From Patescibacteria group bacterium (lineage in GTDB: Bacteria; Patescibacteriota; Minisyncoccia; UBA6257; JAAZHW01), in NCBI GenBank assembly GCA_026415775.1, contig JAOAGL010000001.1, positions 72,282 to 109,056 on the forward strand: a stretch of 36,775 nt of DNA. The letters are read 5' to 3'. Numbering within the stretch: the first letter of the stretch is position 1; each line of letters begins with the position of its first letter. Made by a program: the position numbers and the translations under genes. This document shows, one piece after another, positions 1-10,202 of this stretch. Under the pieces are notes generated by a model. It did not search any database and had not been told where the DNA came from. It was given only the letters and a program-made list of their open reading frames with translations.

Positions 1-372
1 GAATCAATCTCTAGTTTCGAAATTAATCCGGATTTTTTCGCTATTTTTGATAATTTTTTCGATGGCAACAAAAAAGCAATGCTTTTTAATCTAGAAAAAG
101 CCTTGAAGGGCGGAGTTGATGAAGGTCAAATTTTTAATTATTTTATTAAACAAGTTCGGGTTGCTATTTATATTTTGAATCATCAAACAGAAAATATTGA
201 AGCGCCGACTTTTGTAGTAAACAAAATTAAGAGAAAATTGGTGCGGTGGCGCAATGCCAAGGAAACGCTATTTAAAATTTATGAACAATTAGCCAAAATT
301 GATTGGTTAATTAAAAAAGGCGTTCTTGATTATCAAACAGCGTTAGAAATATTAATTGCTCATCTTAAATAA
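1..372 (+). CDS. DNA polymerase III delta subunit (HolA-like), C-terminal fragment; 5' end outside window
   Basis: Frame 1 is open from base 1 (ESISSFEINPDFFAIFDNFFDGNKKAMLFNLEKAL...), so the tracked 79..372 ORF is the tail of a longer gene. The helical C-terminal pattern resembles HolA domain III. The TAA stop abuts the mnmA ATG. Confidence 0.4.
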   Translation, partial: ESISSFEINPDFFAIFDNFFDGNKKAMLFNLEKALKGGVDEGQIFNYFIKQVRVAIYILNHQTENIEAPTFVVNKIKRKLVRWRNAKETLFKIYEQLAKIDWLIKKGVLDYQTALEILIAHLK

Positions 373-1434
373 ATGATGAATAAAAAAAATGGTAAAAATT
401 TAAAAGTGGTGATTGGTTTATCGGGCGGCATTGATAGTGCCGTTGCGGCCAAATTGTTAAAAGAAAGTGGATTTGAAGTTGTCGGCGTTCATTTAAAACT
501 CTGGCATGAAAAAAAAGAAATTTTAAAAAAACGTGAGTTATTGGTTAAAAAAATCGCCAAAAAATTAAATATTCCTCTCATCATCGTTAATGCCCAAAAA
601 ATTTTTTTGAATTATACAATTAATCAATTTTTAAAAGAATTGAGGAGGGGCCGAACGCCCAATCCTTGCATTGATTGCAACTATTACGTAAAGTTTGAAG
701 CGCTTGCTAAAATCGCCAACAGAATCAAGGCTCAATTTCTAGCAACAGGTCATTATGCCCGCATTAAAAATGAAAAAGGTGTTTTCTATTTATTAAAAGG
801 AAAGGATAAAAACAAAGATCAATCATATTTTCTATGGCGACTTAATCAAAAATTACTAAAAAGAATTATTTTCCCCTTAGGAGAATTTCAAAAAGATGAA
901 GTGAAAAAAATGGCTGAATTTTGGGGATTAAATCTGAAAAAAAATTATTCAGAAAGCCAAGACTTATGTTTTGCTAATAATTTAGAGAGGTTTATTGAAA
1001 AAAGATTAAAAAGACGAGATGGCGTTATTATTGATGTAACAAAAAATAAAATAATCGGGGAACATCCAGGGATTCATTTTTTTACTATTGGCCAGAGAAA
1101 AAACATTCGAATTCCCGGCCCTGAACCATATTATGTCATTAAAAAGAATAGTAAAAAAAATTTATTATTTGTCGCTCCTTTCTCTGCTAAAAAATTTTTC
1201 CAAAATAACCAATGCGAATTAGAGAAAGTTAATTTTGTTATTTATAAAATTAAATTGCCTCTTTCTTGTTTGGTAAAAATCCGTTATCGAACAAGACCTC
1301 TTTCGGCGACGCTTTTAAAGAGAAACGGGAAATACTTGCTCTGCTTTAAAAAGCCGGCTGAATTTTTAACGCCAGGCCAATCAGCCGTATTTTATCAAAA
1401 AGAAAAGCTGATTGGCGGAGGAGTGATAAAATAA
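373..1434 (+). CDS. mnmA: tRNA-specific 2-thiouridylase MnmA
   Basis: PP-loop VVIGLSGGIDSAVAA; NPCIDCN, ATGHYAR and KDQSYFLW motifs typical of MnmA. Confidence 0.9.
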   Translation: MMNKKNGKNLKVVIGLSGGIDSAVAAKLLKESGFEVVGVHLKLWHEKKEILKKRELLVKKIAKKLNIPLIIVNAQKIFLNYTINQFLKELRRGRTPNPCIDCNYYVKFEALAKIANRIKAQFLATGHYARIKNEKGVFYLLKGKDKNKDQSYFLWRLNQKLLKRIIFPLGEFQKDEVKKMAEFWGLNLKKNYSESQDLCFANNLERFIEKRLKRRDGVIIDVTKNKIIGEHPGIHFFTIGQRKNIRIPGPEPYYVIKKNSKKNLLFVAPFSAKKFFQNNQCELEKVNFVIYKIKLPLSCLVKIRYRTRPLSATLLKRNGKYLLCFKKPAEFLTPGQSAVFYQKEKLIGGGVIK

Positions 1435-1456
1435 AATTTTTAGTTATAATGAAGAT

Positions 1457-2269
1457 ATGAGCAATTTTGAAGAAAGAATTATTGAATTAGAAAAAATTAG
1501 AAAGCGCAAAAAAATTATTGTGGTCATTATTCCATTGTTGATTATTCTTCTTTTTGTTTTAATTAAGCTTTTCTTTATTAAACCAGAGCCAACATGCTTT
1601 GATGGGGTAAAAAATGGCCGAGAGGAAGGAATTGATTGTGGCGGTCCATGTTTAGCTTGCGGCATTAAATATGCCGCACCAATTGAAGTTGTCCAAACAA
1701 AAATTATTCCTGAAACAATTAATACCAGCGAGGTTTTAGTTCAAATTAAAAATAGCAATTTGGAATATGGCGTTAAATTCCGTTACTCTATTACTCTCTA
1801 CAGTGCTTTTGGTGAAAAAATAAAAACAATAAGCGATTATGACTATATCTTACCTTTTTCAACAAAATATTTATTGGCTCAGAAAATTGATATTTCAACT
1901 GACAAAATCAATCGCGCTGAGGTGAATTTTGAATATAACATTAGCGACTGGTTTTATAGCCCACGAAAAACTTCTGATTTATTTACCGTTGTTGATAAAA
2001 GGTTGAGAAAAATGGAACCAAACGAAGCGGGATTTTTAGAATTAATTTCTCAGATAAAAAATAACACTAATCAAGATTTTTCAGAGGTTGATATTATTAT
2101 TTTGCTTTTCTCCAAAACCGGCCAAATTATCAATGCAGCTAAAACAAAAACTTTTAATTTAGGCGCTTATGATACACGCACTTTTGGTTATGTTTGGCAA
2201 CTGGCCTTCCCCGAATTAAATAATTTGGATTATTTCCACATTGAAATTCTGACTGATGCTCTTGAATAA
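1457..2269 (+). CDS. hypothetical membrane-anchored protein with Cys-rich module
   Basis: Long ORF with an N-terminal TM helix (IIVVIIPLLIILLFVLI) followed by CFDGVKNGREEGIDCGGPCLAC. No recognisable catalytic motif. Confidence 0.55.
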   Translation: MSNFEERIIELEKIRKRKKIIVVIIPLLIILLFVLIKLFFIKPEPTCFDGVKNGREEGIDCGGPCLACGIKYAAPIEVVQTKIIPETINTSEVLVQIKNSNLEYGVKFRYSITLYSAFGEKIKTISDYDYILPFSTKYLLAQKIDISTDKINRAEVNFEYNISDWFYSPRKTSDLFTVVDKRLRKMEPNEAGFLELISQIKNNTNQDFSEVDIIILLFSKTGQIINAAKTKTFNLGAYDTRTFGYVWQLAFPELNNLDYFHIEILTDALE

Positions 2270-2271
2270 TT

Positions 2272-3369
2272 ATGAATTTATCTTTGCGTAAAATTTCTTT
2301 TTCTCTGATTTTGCCGTTGTTTATTTTGGCTATTTTAAGCTTGTTAACACTTTATAGTTTATCTTCCCAAGACGCAAAGCCTTATCAAATTTTTCAAAAA
2401 CAGCTATTTTGGTTTATTTTTTGTTTTGCGGTTTTTTATCTCATTGCTAATTTTTTTGATTACCGTGTTTTAAATACTCAAAATTTTTTCGTTGCTATCA
2501 TCTATTTTATCGCCTTGATTCTTTTAATAATTGTTTTGGTTTTCGGCTCGAGAATTAAAGGAGCGGCAGGTTGGTTAAATTTTAAACTTTTTAGTTTTCA
2601 ACCAGTAGAGCTAGCTAAATTAGCTTTGATTATTTTTTTAGCGCGATATTTTGCTATTTGGCACATTGAAATTTGGCGACCTCAAAGATTATTGGTTACC
2701 GCCATTTATAGTGGTTTATTCGCTTTTTTAACTTTCCTTCAACCCGATTTGGGTTCAGCTATCTTTTTTATGGTTATCTGGGTGGGAATGCTTTTATTTT
2801 CTGGTTTAAAATTTAAGCATTTTTTGATTTTAGTAATCTTTTTTGTTATTTTGGCGCTGCTTGGCTGGAATTATTTTTTGAAACCTTATCAGAAAGAGCG
2901 CATTCTTACTTTTTTAAACCCAGCTCGCGATCCCTTGGGTAGTGGATATAGTGTTATCCAAGCAAAAATTGCTATTGGCTCAGCGGGATTTTTCGGTCGA
3001 GGATTGGGACAAGGATTATTAACTCAATTAAGATTTTTACCTGAAGCAAAAACTGATTTCTTTTTTGCGGCTTTCACGGAAGAGTGGGGGATTCTTGGAA
3101 TAATTATTATGTTTTTTGCCTATGGTTGGTTAATTTTTCAAATATATCGCATTGCTATAAAAAGCGAGAATAATTTTTCCCGTCTTTTTATTTTTGGTTA
3201 TCTTTTAATTTTATTCACTCAGATTTTTATAAATCTCGGGGCTAATCTTGGATTTCTACCAGTCACTGGTTTGCCTTTGCCATTTTTAAGTTATGGTGGC
3301 TCCAATCTCTTGATTAATTTTATCGCTTTGGGTATTATTCAAAATATTAGCCGCATTCATAGTTTTTAA
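2272..3369 (+). CDS. SEDS-family peptidoglycan glycosyltransferase (FtsW/RodA/SpoVE)
   Basis: Polytopic membrane protein with FQPVELAKL, LPEAKTDFFFAAFTEEWG and LPFLSYGGSNLL signatures. Confidence 0.9.
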   Translation: MNLSLRKISFSLILPLFILAILSLLTLYSLSSQDAKPYQIFQKQLFWFIFCFAVFYLIANFFDYRVLNTQNFFVAIIYFIALILLIIVLVFGSRIKGAAGWLNFKLFSFQPVELAKLALIIFLARYFAIWHIEIWRPQRLLVTAIYSGLFAFLTFLQPDLGSAIFFMVIWVGMLLFSGLKFKHFLILVIFFVILALLGWNYFLKPYQKERILTFLNPARDPLGSGYSVIQAKIAIGSAGFFGRGLGQGLLTQLRFLPEAKTDFFFAAFTEEWGILGIIIMFFAYGWLIFQIYRIAIKSENNFSRLFIFGYLLILFTQIFINLGANLGFLPVTGLPLPFLSYGGSNLLINFIALGIIQNISRIHSF

Positions 3370-3412
3370 TTTTTTTGTCGTTTCGAAATTTTTCTTTATT
3401 TAAATTTTTGCC

Positions 3413-4444
3413 ATGAAACAATTCCTAATTCTGGTTGCAAGCATTTATCTTGTTGGGATAATTCTCTTCATTATTATTTTCAATTATCAATTAAAACCTC
3501 TAATAGTAAGTGCTGATGTGAAAAACCAAAAAGTAGAATTTGTTGTTCAAAAAGGCGAAGGTTTTAAAGAAATTGCCGAAAATTTAGAAGCTCAACAATT
3601 AATCAAATCTTCAAAATCTTTTAAACTTTATCTTCTGCTTCATGGCTGGGCGAACAAATTAAAACCCGGAATTTATCAAATTCCTTATGAATTGCCCGCT
3701 TCGGAAGTGGCTAAAATGCTTTTAACTGGCGTTGTTGATGAAAAAACCATCACTATCCCTGAAGGATATACGCTTTCTCTAATTGAAGAAAAATTAAAAA
3801 ATGAAGGAGTTTTGGCGCAAGATGAATCGCTTTTGAAATTAAAAATCTCTGATTTTCAAAACGATTATTTCTTTTTAAAGGATGCGCCGGCGAATTATTC
3901 TTTGGAAGGATTTCTTTTCCCCGATACTTATCGTTTTAAACTTAATTCGCCAGCTAAAATTATTGCCAAACGAATGCTTGATAACTTAGAAAAAAATCTT
4001 ACTGATGGTATTCGTCAACAAATTGAACAATCACGATTTAATGTGTACCAGATTATTGCTTTGGCTTCATTAATTGAAGGAGAAATTCCTCATGCCGAAG
4101 ATAGGCCAATTGTGGCAGGAATATTAATCAAACGCCTTGATAATCAAATACCGCTTCAAATTGATGCAACAATTGTTTATATAAAATGTGAAATTTTAAA
4201 AACGGAAAATTGCCGAAAATTATCATTAGATGATTTAAAAATTCCTTCACCTTATAACACCTATCAAAATTTAGGATTGCCCAAAGGACCAATTAATAAT
4301 CCTGGTTTAAATGCCATTGAGGCTGTTCTTAATCCATTAGAAAGTGCTTATTGGTATTATTTATCTGATCCCAAAACAGGAAATACAATTTTTTCAAAAA
4401 CTTTAAAAGAACATAATGCAGCAAAAGCTAAGTATTTGAAATAA
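3413..4444 (+). CDS. mltG: endolytic murein transglycosylase MltG (YceG-like)
   Basis: N-terminal TM helix, LEGFLFPDTY, ASLIEGE and PGLNAIEAVLNP motifs of the YceG family. Confidence 0.85.
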   Translation: MKQFLILVASIYLVGIILFIIIFNYQLKPLIVSADVKNQKVEFVVQKGEGFKEIAENLEAQQLIKSSKSFKLYLLLHGWANKLKPGIYQIPYELPASEVAKMLLTGVVDEKTITIPEGYTLSLIEEKLKNEGVLAQDESLLKLKISDFQNDYFFLKDAPANYSLEGFLFPDTYRFKLNSPAKIIAKRMLDNLEKNLTDGIRQQIEQSRFNVYQIIALASLIEGEIPHAEDRPIVAGILIKRLDNQIPLQIDATIVYIKCEILKTENCRKLSLDDLKIPSPYNTYQNLGLPKGPINNPGLNAIEAVLNPLESAYWYYLSDPKTGNTIFSKTLKEHNAAKAKYLK

Positions 4445-4473
4445 AAAATTCCGCCGAACGGCGGAATTTTTTT
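4444..4473. terminator. bidirectional hairpin terminator between convergent mltG and recA
   Basis: aaaaAATTCCGCCgaacGGCGGAATTttttt: 9-bp GC-containing stem flanked by A and T runs. Confidence 0.7.
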
Positions 4474-5503
4474 ATTTCATTTCTTTTAAAACTTTCTGTC
4501 TTAAGGCTTTGTCAATTTCTAAAGCAATTTTTGGGTTTTGTTTTAAAAATTCTTTCGCATTATCAATACCAACGCCCAATTTTGTCTCGCCGTAAAGATA
4601 CGAATTACCAGAACGATTAATGATACCGAATTTAACACCTGTATTAATTAAATCCCCTTCTTTGGAAATACCTTCATTATAAATAATATCAAATTCTGCC
4701 TCCCTAAATGGTGGCGCCACTTTATTCTTTACCACTTTTACTTTGACTCGGGAACCAATAATTTCTTCTCCTTTTTTCACCTGCGCTGTCCGGCGAATAT
4801 CTAATCTAACAGAGGCATAAAATTTCAACGCTCGGCCGCCCGGCGTTGTTTCTGGATTACCAAACATAATGCCAACCTGCATTCGAATTTGATTGATAAA
4901 AATAATAACGGTTTTGGTTTTGGCGGCAATTGCAGTAATTTTTCTTAAAGCTTGCGACATTAATCGCGCCTGAAGACCAATATGCTGCGCGCCCATTTCT
5001 CCCTCAATTTCCGCTCGAGGAGTTAGCGCTGCTACCGAATCAACAACAATTACATCCAAAGAACCAGAACGCACTAATTGTTCCATAATATTTAATGCCT
5101 CCTCACCATTATCAGGTTGGGAAATAAAAAGTTCATTTAATTTAACGCCGATTTTTTTAGCATATTCAGGATCCAACGCATGCTCCGCATCAATAAAAGC
5201 TGCCTTTCCTCCTTGTTTTTGCGCCTGTGCTACAATATGCAAAGCTAAAGTTGTTTTACCGCTCGATTCTGGTCCAAAAATCTCAACGATTCTCCCCCGC
5301 GGCACACCACCGACACCCAAAGCTAAATCTAAAGAAATCGAACCAGTAGAAATAGCTTCCACATCTACCCTTGGCGCTTCTCCCAATTTCATAATTGCGC
5401 CTTCTCCGAATTTTGCTTGGATTTCTTTAATTGTCGCTTCCAAAATTTCGTCTTTTTCATCTATTGTTTCTTTTTCTTCTTTTTTCTTTGATTGTTTTAC
5501 CAT
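4472..5503 (-). CDS. recA: recombinase RecA
   Basis: Walker [29 protein letters not shown] and the canonical C-terminal domain. Confidence 0.97.
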   Translation of the reverse strand: MVKQSKKKEEKETIDEKDEILEATIKEIQAKFGEGAIMKLGEAPRVDVEAISTGSISLDLALGVGGVPRGRIVEIFGPESSGKTTLALHIVAQAQKQGGKAAFIDAEHALDPEYAKKIGVKLNELFISQPDNGEEALNIMEQLVRSGSLDVIVVDSVAALTPRAEIEGEMGAQHIGLQARLMSQALRKITAIAAKTKTVIIFINQIRMQVGIMFGNPETTPGGRALKFYASVRLDIRRTAQVKKGEEIIGSRVKVKVVKNKVAPPFREAEFDIIYNEGISKEGDLINTGVKFGIINRSGNSYLYGETKLGVGIDNAKEFLKQNPKIALEIDKALRQKVLKEMK

Positions 5504-5546
5504 AAATAAAAATTTTTATTCGGCCATTTAAATTTTTCCTAATGTT

Positions 5547-5555
5547 ATTATAGCA
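5547..5555 (-). promoter_or_regulatory. extended -10 (TGcTATAAT) upstream of recA
   Basis: The minus strand reads tgtgcTATAATaac about 45 nt upstream of the recA ATG. No -35 was evaluated. Confidence 0.4.
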
Positions 5556-5599
5556 CAAAACAAAAAAAATTAAATTTAATTTTAATAAACAAATCTTTG

Positions 5600-5671
5600 T
5601 GCCCCTGGTAGGAATCGAACCCACATCTCTCCCTTAGGACGGGATTGCTCTATCCGTTGAGCTACAGGGGC
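5600..5671 (-). tRNA. tRNA-Arg (anticodon CCT)
   Basis: Hand-folded cloverleaf: GCCCCTG/CAGGGGC acceptor, GCTC-AACGGATA-GAGC D arm, anticodon loop GTCCTAA, GTGGG-TTCGATT-CCTAC T arm. 72 nt, no encoded CCA. Confidence 0.85.
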
Positions 5672-5678
5672 TTAAAAA

Positions 5679-6770
5679 TTAGTATTGATAAGCGTCAACA
5701 ACTAATCCCTTATTATCCTTTAAAATAATTTTGTCATGACTCCTATCCGCTAGACTGTTATTTACAAAAACGTACCATTCGTTTTGAAAGAAATCTGAAT
5801 TGTTTTGGTATTTATTAACGCAATTATCATAACCATAATAACTATTTAAAAATTGCTGACAAGAAAAATCACCGACAAAACGGTTAACATCAATACTTGT
5901 AGGAATTTGGCACCTTCCTAAATTATTAATATAACGTTGGCAATCGCTTGATAAATAAGAAATGTCATTTTCTAATGGCCGCGGGCAATCTAAACGAAAA
6001 AGATTATAAAAATTATAAGAATTTGTTAGATAACCGAAGCAGCGATTCAAATAAAAATTAACGACAATCGGACTGCCCGCTCCCACTATTATTAAAGAAT
6101 CTTGAGGATTTAAAATAATATTTTGCCAAATCAAACTAGAATTTAATCGGAAAAATTTAACAGCACTACCAATTGAGTAACTACGTGAATTACTTTCTAT
6201 CGTCCAACCATTCAAATCAATATTTGTACCAGAACGATTAACTAAGGTCAATTTTTGCGGTGTATTTTGAGGATAAACAGAAGCTATCTTTACCTGTCCA
6301 GCTTTGTCTGAAAGTTTTGCTCTAAAAACTCTCTGCGCTGGAGTATAATCTTCAATTCCGTCTTTGGTTTTTGCTCGGACATAAAAATAATAAGTGCGCT
6401 CGCCCGGCAATAATTGGACTACTCTGATATTGCTGCTGCTCACCTGCCAATCTGTATCAATACCATCTACTTTGGTTTCAAAAACTAATCCCCGTTGATC
6501 CCCGCTCCAAATTGCTACAAATTGAAAAACAGCCACATTGTTATCCGCAATCTCCTCCCAGTCTTTTGGACCAGAAATAATTACTGTTTCGGGTCGCGGA
6601 CCAGTATAAGGAGTCGGATAAGGCGTGGCTGTTTTCCACGATGACTGGTTAGAAATTTTTAAACCCTCTAATCCAGGCAATGAAACCTTTATTGGACTAA
6701 AATTAGCCAAAACAAAAAGAATTATTCCAAATCCAATTAATAAAAATACTATGGGTAAAGTTTTTGGCAT
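5679..6770 (-). CDS. secreted/membrane-anchored protein with lamin-tail (LTD)-like domain and Cys-rich C-terminus
   Basis: N-terminal TM helix; LVNRSGTNIDLNGWTIES resembles the LTD motif; eight Cys in the last ~100 aa. The ATG overlaps the hsp20 stop (TAATG). Confidence 0.55.
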   Translation of the reverse strand: MPKTLPIVFLLIGFGIILFVLANFSPIKVSLPGLEGLKISNQSSWKTATPYPTPYTGPRPETVIISGPKDWEEIADNNVAVFQFVAIWSGDQRGLVFETKVDGIDTDWQVSSSNIRVVQLLPGERTYYFYVRAKTKDGIEDYTPAQRVFRAKLSDKAGQVKIASVYPQNTPQKLTLVNRSGTNIDLNGWTIESNSRSYSIGSAVKFFRLNSSLIWQNIILNPQDSLIIVGAGSPIVVNFYLNRCFGYLTNSYNFYNLFRLDCPRPLENDISYLSSDCQRYINNLGRCQIPTSIDVNRFVGDFSCQQFLNSYYGYDNCVNKYQNNSDFFQNEWYVFVNNSLADRSHDKIILKDNKGLVVDAYQY

Positions 6771-7198
6771 TAATCTTTGCTTTTAATTTTAATTTTTTTC
6801 TCTTCGGAGCGTGAAGGCGACTTCTTTGGCATTACAACTTTTAATACACCTTTTTCATAGTTTGCCTCAACCTTGTCCTCATCAATCTCAACAGGAATTC
6901 TAACTATTCTTTCAAATTCACCGCGTCGAATTTCTTTTCGCCAATAATCTTTTTTCTTTTCTTCTTCTTTACTTTCAGTTGAACCTTTTATAGTTAAAAC
7001 TTGATCTTTAACTGAAACTTCAACTTTCTCTGGATCAACGTTGGGCAAATTTAATTCAGCAATAACTTCTTTATCAGTTTGATAAAGGTCCATTGTCGGT
7101 TCTTTAAAGAAAGAGGTTGAAACAACTGGCAAAAACCAGTCATCATCTTCAAAAAATTTTTCTAAATCTCTAAAAGGACTCCAACGAATTAAGCTCAT
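6770..7198 (-). CDS. Hsp20/alpha-crystallin small heat-shock protein
   Basis: Alpha-crystallin domain pattern (DLYQTDKEVIAELNLPNVDPEKVEVSV...GEFERIVRIP...GVLKVVMPK). Confidence 0.9.
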   Translation of the reverse strand: MSLIRWSPFRDLEKFFEDDDWFLPVVSTSFFKEPTMDLYQTDKEVIAELNLPNVDPEKVEVSVKDQVLTIKGSTESKEEEKKKDYWRKEIRRGEFERIVRIPVEIDEDKVEANYEKGVLKVVMPKKSPSRSEEKKIKIKSKD

Positions 7199-7282
7199 AT
7201 TTTTGTTTTTATATAAGCTTAACTCGACCTTTAATTTTTATCCTATATTATATTATACCAAAATTGTCAAGACCCTGCAAGA

Positions 7283-8893
7283 TTAACCAAACATTAGCCA
7301 AGCTGGTTTAAATATTAGAAGCAACCCAATAATAACCATTAGAATGCCTCCGATTAAGCGTGAATAAAGAGTATATTTATTGTTTTTAGCAGCAATTTTT
7401 AAAGTAATCATCGCGATAACAAAAACAACTATATCATCAAGCATATAAAGAATAATGTAAATTAACATATAAAAGAAGTATTGCCAGGAATTTAGATTGC
7501 TTAAAGCTAAAATCTGCGTAAAAACAACTGGGAAACCAGCAGAGCAAATGAGCTCTACTAAATTAACAGAAAAAGCTAAAGCAATAATACCAATAATAGC
7601 TAATAAAAGTGATTTTTTATGAATTGCCTCTTTCATTCGTTCAATAATTTTTTTCTTCTGAGTTTCATTGGTTACATCACACGTTATTGCTTTTTGTTTC
7701 TTAATTTTAAAGACTTCTCTAATTGAAAAAATACCTGCGCCAATAGCAACCAAGGCAATTGCTAAACGCACCCAAAAAATCGCACCAACAAAAAGAATAA
7801 GCTTTAACCAAGCAGCCATAAACAAGAAATAAACTAGTCCAGAAATAAAAAGAAAAATTCCGCCTAAAATCCACATTCTTTTTCTATCTTTCATTCCTAA
7901 AAGAAAACTAATTAAAAATATCAAAACCCACATCGCGCAAGGATTAAAACCATCCAGACTACCCATTATAATTGTCAAAAGAGGCAATGAAATATTTTTT
8001 GTTTTAATTTCGCCGAATAACGGCAATTTCAAAACCTCAGGAATTACACTGTCTTTTGTTGGAAGATTTATAGAAGAAATTAGATTACCAACAATATCAG
8101 GGCAACCAGTTTCAATAGCACATTGAATGGCATCCTCAATAATTGGACCTGTAACAGATTCATTTTTCCAACCTAAAACATATTTTTTACCAATCACAAA
8201 AAGAGGAACTGCCGCATTCTCAATTTGCAATTCGTCAAGTGTTTTTTTAAAAATTTCCAAATTTTCTTTTTTGGATAATTCTAATTTTTTAATTTCAAGA
8301 TTGGGATATTTTGTTCTTAATGTTTCCAAATATTGTTTTTCTGCATTACATAAAGGACAACCACTACTCCAGAAAAAATAAGCTTTTAATTCTGCTTCAG
8401 AAACAGGAGTTGTTGGAGTAATAAATGGAGTGGGAGTGGGCGAAGGTTGGGGAGTAAAAGTTGGCACAAAAGGAGAAACATTAATCAATTTAGCCAACGG
8501 ATCATCACATTTCTGAAGGCGACATTGCAAAACATAACTTTCGATTTGAGCACCGGTTGTTTCGTCGTTTAAATAACCAACAAGCGCATTATTGCCAACA
8601 ACTGTAAAAGGTACTCCTCCAATTTGTTGATTTAAAATTTTACCTGCCTCAATTAATAATTCTCTATTTTTAGCATTATACCAAACTTCGAAAGAATAAA
8701 TTTTAACTTCTGGGTACTTCTGCTGAAGTTTTTCTAAAAATGGTTTCTCATCAGCACAATGAGGACAACCATCACCCCAGAAAAAATAAATATTAACTTG
8801 ATTAAAGGCTAAAGTTTTAAAACCAAAAATAAAAAAAATAGAAACAAAAAAGACAACAAACAAAGAAAACGGTAATAATCTTTTTCTGAACAT
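7283..8893 (-). CDS. fusion of two thioredoxin-fold domains with a CcdA/DsbD-like membrane thiol-disulfide transporter
   Basis: Signal/TM helix, Trx fold 1 with CPHC, P/T-rich linker (PTFTPQPSPTPTPFITPTTP), Trx fold 2 with CPLC, then a polytopic domain with GFNPCAMW and ELICSAGFP membrane cysteines. Confidence 0.7.
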   Translation of the reverse strand: MFRKRLLPFSLFVVFFVSIFFIFGFKTLAFNQVNIYFFWGDGCPHCADEKPFLEKLQQKYPEVKIYSFEVWYNAKNRELLIEAGKILNQQIGGVPFTVVGNNALVGYLNDETTGAQIESYVLQCRLQKCDDPLAKLINVSPFVPTFTPQPSPTPTPFITPTTPVSEAELKAYFFWSSGCPLCNAEKQYLETLRTKYPNLEIKKLELSKKENLEIFKKTLDELQIENAAVPLFVIGKKYVLGWKNESVTGPIIEDAIQCAIETGCPDIVGNLISSINLPTKDSVIPEVLKLPLFGEIKTKNISLPLLTIIMGSLDGFNPCAMWVLIFLISFLLGMKDRKRMWILGGIFLFISGLVYFLFMAAWLKLILFVGAIFWVRLAIALVAIGAGIFSIREVFKIKKQKAITCDVTNETQKKKIIERMKEAIHKKSLLLAIIGIIALAFSVNLVELICSAGFPVVFTQILALSNLNSWQYFFYMLIYIILYMLDDIVVFVIAMITLKIAAKNNKYTLYSRLIGGILMVIIGLLLIFKPAWLMFG

Positions 8894-8927
8894 AATAGTT
8901 TTATTGTAAATAATTTAATGGTGAAAA

Positions 8928-10202
8928 TCAAACTTTTTTAAGAATAACTAAACTTTCCAAATGTGGTGTGTTTGGATAAAAATCAAAGCCATATATTTTT
9001 TCTAATTTATAAAATTCTTTTAAATAATTGATATCTCTTGCTTGAGTTAAAGGATTACAAGCTAAATAAAAAATATATTTTGGCAGGCACTGAAGAATAG
9101 CTTTAATAACGTTTCTATGAATGCCGGCGCGCGGTGGATCCAAAATTAATAAATCGGCGTTTTCTAAATGTTGAAGCGCCACTTTTTCCGACTTGGCCGC
9201 TAATGCTTGAAAATGTGAAGCATTATTCAATTTAGCATTAATTTCAGCATAATGGATAGCATTCTGATCTAAATCAACGCCAACAATTTTTTTGGCATAA
9301 TCACTCAAAGAAATGCCTATTACACCTACGCCACAATATAAATCTATAATTTTATTAAAATCTAAAACATTCTCTTTCATTAAAATTAACGCTTTTTCAA
9401 ATAATGGAATATTATTTTGAAAAAAATTATTAAAACCGTATTGAAATTCCTGATTTAAAATTTTTTCTCGTAAAAAATTTTTTCCTTTAGTTATCAAAAT
9501 TTCATCAATCACACTTGCAGGTGATTGCGGCCGCGAATAGCCCACAATAAAACCACTTAATTTTTCATTACTATAAATTGAATGATTATATTCCTTTTTT
9601 TTAATTAATAAATTAAAAACTAAATCATTAAAATTTTTGCTCTTTCTCACAATTAAACTTTTTAACTTTTCAATTTTCTCTTTATTAAGAAATTGTACAA
9701 AATCTAAAACAATTTGATTGCTTTCTTTGTCTAACAAAATGCATCCTTGAAGCAATTTTTCTTTTCTTAAAAAATCTCCTCTTTTATGAAACGCCAATGA
9801 TAAACCATTTTCATCTTCATCAAAAACAAACTCCATTTTTGTACGATAACCAAAAATTTCTGGCGATTCAAAAAATCCATTTAATTCTATCTCTTTTTGG
9901 AAAAAACGATTATAAATTTCTTTAAGCAAATTCTTTTTTAATTCAATTTGATAACCGTAATTAAAAGTTTGCCAGGGGGAACAAATTAAATAATGATCCT
10001 CTTTTGGTTCAATACGATGCGGAGATTTTTCTAGTATTTCAATTAATTCGCCTTCAATAAAATTATGTTTTTCTTTAATAATTCTGATTTTTGCCTTTTC
10101 ATTTGGTAAAATTCCATAAGCAAAAACTACTTTGTGATTAAAATAACCAATGGAAACGCCATTATGTCCTATTTTTTCAAAAGTTACAATTAATTCTTTC
10201 AT
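8928..10202 (-). CDS. TRAM-domain RNA (uracil-5-)-methyltransferase, TrmA/RlmD family
   Basis: N-terminal TRAM-like beta domain, SAM motif DLYCGVGVIGISL, ILDPPRAGI, C-terminal FDFYPNTPHLE. Confidence 0.8.
   Translation of the reverse strand: MKELIVTFEKIGHNGVSIGYFNHKVVFAYGILPNEKAKIRIIKEKHNFIEGELIEILEKSPHRIEPKEDHYLICSPWQTFNYGYQIELKKNLLKEIYNRFFQKEIELNGFFESPEIFGYRTKMEFVFDEDENGLSLAFHKRGDFLRKEKLLQGCILLDKESNQIVLDFVQFLNKEKIEKLKSLIVRKSKNFNDLVFNLLIKKKEYNHSIYSNEKLSGFIVGYSRPQSPASVIDEILITKGKNFLREKILNQEFQYGFNNFFQNNIPLFEKALILMKENVLDFNKIIDLYCGVGVIGISLSDYAKKIVGVDLDQNAIHYAEINAKLNNASHFQALAAKSEKVALQHLENADLLILDPPRAGIHRNVIKAILQCLPKYIFYLACNPLTQARDINYLKEFYKLEKIYGFDFYPNTPHLESLVILKKV

Noticed and set aside
1444-1665. 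Minus-strand 73-aa ORF, plus similar short ORFs at 8127..8381, 14910..15104, 17483..17692, 27613..27891, 30663..30854, 31777..31995 and 33773..33976
   Set aside because: All lie within or opposite longer ORFs that have recognisable protein families or a better coding pattern, so I treat them as shadow frames.
7241-7270. TTGACA box upstream of hsp20 as a complete promoter
   Set aside because: The exact -35 hexamer is present, but I could not place a -10 element at an acceptable 16-18-nt spacing, so no promoter feature is called.
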